Origin: Dehalococcoidales bacterium
GTDB taxonomy: Bacteria > Chloroflexota > Dehalococcoidia > Dehalococcoidales > Fen-1064
Direction of reading: 5' to 3'
NCBI GenBank assembly: GCA_052326545.1
Contig: JBKQML010000034.1
Location: forward strand, 1-36,580
DNA: 36,580 bases
The notes under the pieces are model-generated. The model did no database searches, was not told the origin of the DNA, and saw only the letters and a list, made by a program, of their open reading frames with translations. How positions within the stretch are numbered: the first letter of the stretch is position 1; each line of letters begins with the position of its first letter. Positions 33,463 to 36,580 of the stretch are shown here, piece by piece. The translations under genes were made by a program, and so were the position numbers.

Positions 33463-34539
33463 TTAATTTAGATCATAGTTTACCTTGAATTCTTTTGATA
33501 AGTCTTTTAGAGATTGTATAACTTCTTCGTCAAGCGGGATGCCATTTTTACGGCGGTCCTGTTCCAGCGCCCACTCAAGCTCTCCCGGAATAGTGATGTT
33601 TGAAACACCTTTCGCCTTTGGCAGATTGTGATAGACGCTAACCATTTGATCCATGCCTTTTTTGAATTCTTCCGGCGGCTGAAAACCCGATATGTTGATA
33701 GCGCAGAAGAAATGAGTGCATTCCGATTTCCTTGTTGGTTGGCTGCGAATTTCAGGAAGGCATACGGAAGCCGCCAGGATGCTGCTCAGAATGTCCACCA
33801 TAATATTTAAGCCGAAACCTTTATAGATTCCCAATTCCGGAGTACCTCCCAATAAAACCATGGCACCATTTTTAGTAACATCTTCTTTTGGGTCCGTGAT
33901 AGGATTCTCTTCCGGATCTATCATCCAACCCTTGGGAAGCATCTGGCCTGTTCTCAGCGCAACTTCGACTTTGCCATGCGCGGCCATGGTCGTCGACATA
34001 TCCAGGCAGAAAGGAAAAGATTTATTTGACGGTGCGGCAAAACTCATTGCGTTCATCCCGATTACACGTCCTGAAGCCCCGGGGGCAGCAGCATAGCGAC
34101 CTCCTGTTGTACAAGAAAAACCGATCATATCGTTTCTTACAGCTAAAAGAGAGTAAGCAGAACAAGCGCCAAAATGAGTTGTATTACGAACGGCGACAGC
34201 ACCCATGCCCATAATTTTTGCCCTGGCCATCGCTTCTTTCATCGCTCTGTTCCCGACAACAAATCCCAATCCACCGTCGCCATCCATAACAGCGGTTGCA
34301 GGAGCTCCGCTTGAGATCTTGATATTAGGCTTTGCCCTGATCACTCCCTCCTTAATTCCTTTAACGTATAATGGCCCCAAATGCGCTACTCCGTGTGAGG
34401 CAATGCCGCGTAGATCAGTATTAACCAGTAGATTGGCAGTAACTGCGGCATCTTCTGTCGGAAGCCCCACTTTTTCAAGAACCATCGTTGAGAATTTGAT
34501 TAATTTCTGCGGATCAACAGCCGTATACTTTACTGGCAT
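33463..34539 (-). CDS. Ldh_2 family (malate/L-lactate/sulfolactate/ureidoglycolate-type) NAD(P)H 2-oxoacid/hydroxyacid dehydrogenase
   Basis: 358 aa. LLVNTDLRGIASHGVAHLGPY.. and the later blocks (NTTHFGA, FGG.KG-like GIYKGFGLN) are typical of the Ldh_2 family. A GGAGAAG ribosome-binding site is present. The gene starts 38 nt after the aldolase stop. Confidence 0.88.
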   Translation of the reverse strand: MPVKYTAVDPQKLIKFSTMVLEKVGLPTEDAAVTANLLVNTDLRGIASHGVAHLGPLYVKGIKEGVIRAKPNIKISSGAPATAVMDGDGGLGFVVGNRAMKEAMARAKIMGMGAVAVRNTTHFGACSAYSLLAVRNDMIGFSCTTGGRYAAAPGASGRVIGMNAMSFAAPSNKSFPFCLDMSTTMAAHGKVEVALRTGQMLPKGWMIDPEENPITDPKEDVTKNGAMVLLGGTPELGIYKGFGLNIMVDILSSILAASVCLPEIRSQPTRKSECTHFFCAINISGFQPPEEFKKGMDQMVSVYHNLPKAKGVSNITIPGELEWALEQDRRKNGIPLDEEVIQSLKDLSKEFKVNYDLN

Positions 34540-34577
34540 TTTTTCTTCTCCGTTTTAATATTCATCAAACTAACTGC

Positions 34578-35348
34578 TTAAATTTTCCGGCCTCGCACCT
34601 CCTGTAAGGCGGCACTGGCTGCAACCGCTAAGGAACCTACTCCACTTATAGCCGGACAAAACATAAAGCCTTGAGATGTTCGTTGTACCACCTCTTGTGG
34701 CGATGCACAGTGTATGCCAGCTATTAATCCATGATTTTTCGCGGTTTCTAATACATGCTGGCAAGCCTCGGCATGTTTTGTACTCTCACGATATTCTGGC
34801 GGGCCTAATCCCATAGAAACTGCTAAATCTGAAGGTCCTATATAAAACCCATCTATTCCAGGGACATCTACCAGTGTTTCTATGTGAGCTACCGTTTTGA
34901 TGTCTTCAATCATAACCAAACAAATGATCTCTTTATTGGCCTGCTTAAAATAGTCAACTCCACCATATAGGCGAGCCCGGTTTGCTCCAGCGCTCCGGTA
35001 CCCAATTGGGGGATAACGGCAGGCTCCACCTGCTTTGGCTGCCTCCTCACGGTTATTGATTAACGGCACAATTACTCCGTATGCACCGGCATCCAATACC
35101 CATTGGATAAAGAAAGGTTCATTCCAGGGAACACGAACCATCGGCATCGTGTCCGTAGTACTGACGGCCTGAAGCCAGAGGGCTGCTCTGTCAGGGCCAA
35201 TGGCCATCCCGTGTTGCATGTCCAATACCAGTACATCGAAACCTATATTCGCGATGATCTCAGCAACATAGGTATCTGCAGTATCGAGCCATGCAACCGT
35301 AGGGGCTTTCCCTTCCTGCCAGAGCAACTTCGCCTTGTTTTTACGCAT
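34578..35348 (-). CDS. HpcH/HpaI-family class II (divalent-metal) 2-keto-3-deoxy-acid aldolase
   Basis: The ORF-track frame was trimmed to the ATG at 35348, 6 nt after AAGGAG. Family blocks are present (VLVLDMQHG, MVRVPWNEP, YPPIGYRS, LVMIEDI, IDGFYIGPSDLAVSMG). Confidence 0.87.
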   Translation of the reverse strand: MRKNKAKLLWQEGKAPTVAWLDTADTYVAEIIANIGFDVLVLDMQHGMAIGPDRAALWLQAVSTTDTMPMVRVPWNEPFFIQWVLDAGAYGVIVPLINNREEAAKAGGACRYPPIGYRSAGANRARLYGGVDYFKQANKEIICLVMIEDIKTVAHIETLVDVPGIDGFYIGPSDLAVSMGLGPPEYRESTKHAEACQHVLETAKNHGLIAGIHCASPQEVVQRTSQGFMFCPAISGVGSLAVAASAALQEVRGRKI

Positions 35349-36022
35349 TTCAAACTCCTTTACCCGTTTATTTTGGTACAACCAGTTGTTGTTTCTATTT
35401 TAGACTAGAAGGCTGTATTTGCCAATATCACTAAGTAAAAGACAATCTGTCAGGGTCGAATGATAATTTGTTTTTTCACACCCATCTTTTTGTCGGGTAA
35501 CGAAACGTCAAAGTGTAAAGCTATTTTCGAAATATCGTAAAATAACACATTTTCTGCGTAAAACTGTCGAAAGGTAAAGTTCTAAGTTAGTTTAAAACCT
35601 TCTAAGATGCCGATGCCATCATCGGTCTCATTATTTTTATATTATCGCCGGTTTCGAGTTTTGCTAAATCTGATATAATCGGCGGGTCTTCTCTTGTCGA
35701 GTTTATTACACTTATCATCATTTTAGTGATCCAAAAAATCGACGAAATGCATAAAAAAATCCCAATATCCTTAGACGTGGAGTTCAAGCAGACGCTAACT
35801 CCACAAGAAACACGAAATTTCACAAAATGGATGGGAAGTTCTCTAAAAGCATTTCAGCTAAGTTACACAATTTAGGTTAGATCAATGATATCCCCTCTTG
35901 GCAATGCTCAGTTTATATTAATAAACCAAATATCATATATTCAAGATCCTAAATTTTCTTAATATTTTTCTTCCAGCACATTAGTGTGTATACGTTATAG
36001 GTATACATCAATAAAAATTAAC

Positions 36023-36298
36023 TTATATCCTGGCCAATCTTCCGAAGCATGAGGACAACGTCTCGCCGTATGCCTCCATACACCATTCCAATCGGGTTTT
36101 CCCTTCTTCCTCTGTTAATACAGCGCAGCAAGCCCAACGCACAAACAGTTTCTTTATTGTATCAAAACGCACGGATGCGTTATGACACTGCAGACAGTCC
36201 CAAATGTACTTATCAAGATGAGGCAATTGGATATTTTCGTCGTTACACTTTCGCATGGTTCTTTGGCTAATTTTCCATTTAATAATATTGGTGTCCAA
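36023..36298 (-). CDS. hypothetical Cys-rich protein (very uncertain)
   Basis: 91-aa ORF with a TTG start, no ribosome-binding site and an AT-rich context. I recognised no family. Confidence 0.2.
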   Translation of the reverse strand: MDTNIIKWKISQRTMRKCNDENIQLPHLDKYIWDCLQCHNASVRFDTIKKLFVRWACCAVLTEEEGKTRLEWCMEAYGETLSSCFGRLARI

Positions 36299-36580
36299 TA
36301 TATTTTAAGAACGTCATTTTAGATGGTTTGATGAGACTAAATCGGAATTAAATCTAATAAATCTAAATTCTACCCCCTCTTTAAAAGTATTGAACAAGGA
36401 GAGGAGTCAAAAATGCTGTCCAAGATATCAGAACTACCTTATTTACGTTCAAAATCTAGTAATTATGGGCCTCGAATTCAGTTTTTGATAATTAATTGAT
36501 GCAAAAAAATAGGCATTTAGAAAACTTATTTTGGACAAGTCTGATTTAATTACAGACAAATTGTATTATAACTAGGACAT

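Noticed and set aside
1-36580. CRISPR arrays, IS elements, integrases, prophage genes, toxin-antitoxin pairs and known defence systems.
   Set aside because: I saw no regularly spaced direct repeats. No transposase, recombinase, reverse-transcriptase, nuclease or helicase signature was recognised in any frame. The AAA+/VWA pair lacks the extra effector genes of described vWA-MoxR conflict systems, so I do not call it a defence system.

Overview
This 36.6 kb window is a gene-dense bacterial chromosomal segment with about 33 credible protein genes. I found no rRNA gene, no complete tRNA gene, no CRISPR array, and no recognisable transposase, integrase or phage gene. The gene content points to a strict anaerobe: a tungsten-type aldehyde:ferredoxin oxidoreductase, a glycyl-radical-enzyme (GRE) homologue, 4-hydroxybutyryl-CoA dehydratase, and a cytoplasmic Mo/W-bisPGD enzyme with a 4-cluster ferredoxin subunit. 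Strong AGGAGG-type ribosome-binding sites and an RRM RNA-binding protein suggest a Chloroflexota-like or similar uncultured lineage, but taxonomy cannot be fixed from sequence alone.

Layout:
- 1-13.96 kb (higher G+C): SDR fragment, AOR, DUF1801, GRE homologue, leaderless family-5 solute-binding protein plus GNAT, phosphotriesterase-family hydrolase, cytidine-deaminase-fold protein, and an AAA+/VWA pair.
- 14.0-19.3 kb (lower G+C, all minus strand): GT-C-like membrane protein, GH4 glycosidase, MshA-like GT4, CelD/FemAB-like GNAT.
- 19.4-22.2 kb: chagasin-type inhibitor lipoprotein, RRM protein, zinc-ribbon protein, methyltransferase, GNAT.
- 22.8-35.3 kb: Mo/W oxidoreductase alpha and beta subunits, divergent SucCD-like and AbfD genes, FAD oxidoreductase, dual-specificity phosphatase, a metallophosphoesterase interrupted by an in-frame TAG, a frameshifted HEAT-like remnant, Ldh_2 dehydrogenase and HpcH aldolase.
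- 35.35-36.58 kb: AT-rich and essentially unannotatable.

The observations most worth following up are:
- a GRE homologue whose radical glycine codon reads serine, with no activase nearby;
- a Tat-less, anchor-less two-subunit Mo/W enzyme with a C-x3-C-x4-C cluster motif;
- a divergent SucCD paralogue paired with AbfD;
- an uncharacterised AAA+/coiled-coil-VWA module;
- a signal-peptide-less orphan solute-binding protein;
- a family of TGGATTCC...GGAATGACAA hairpin repeats in the oversized spacers.

No single obvious new multi-gene system is proven here. All functional calls are by-eye motif recognition and need HMM or structure confirmation.
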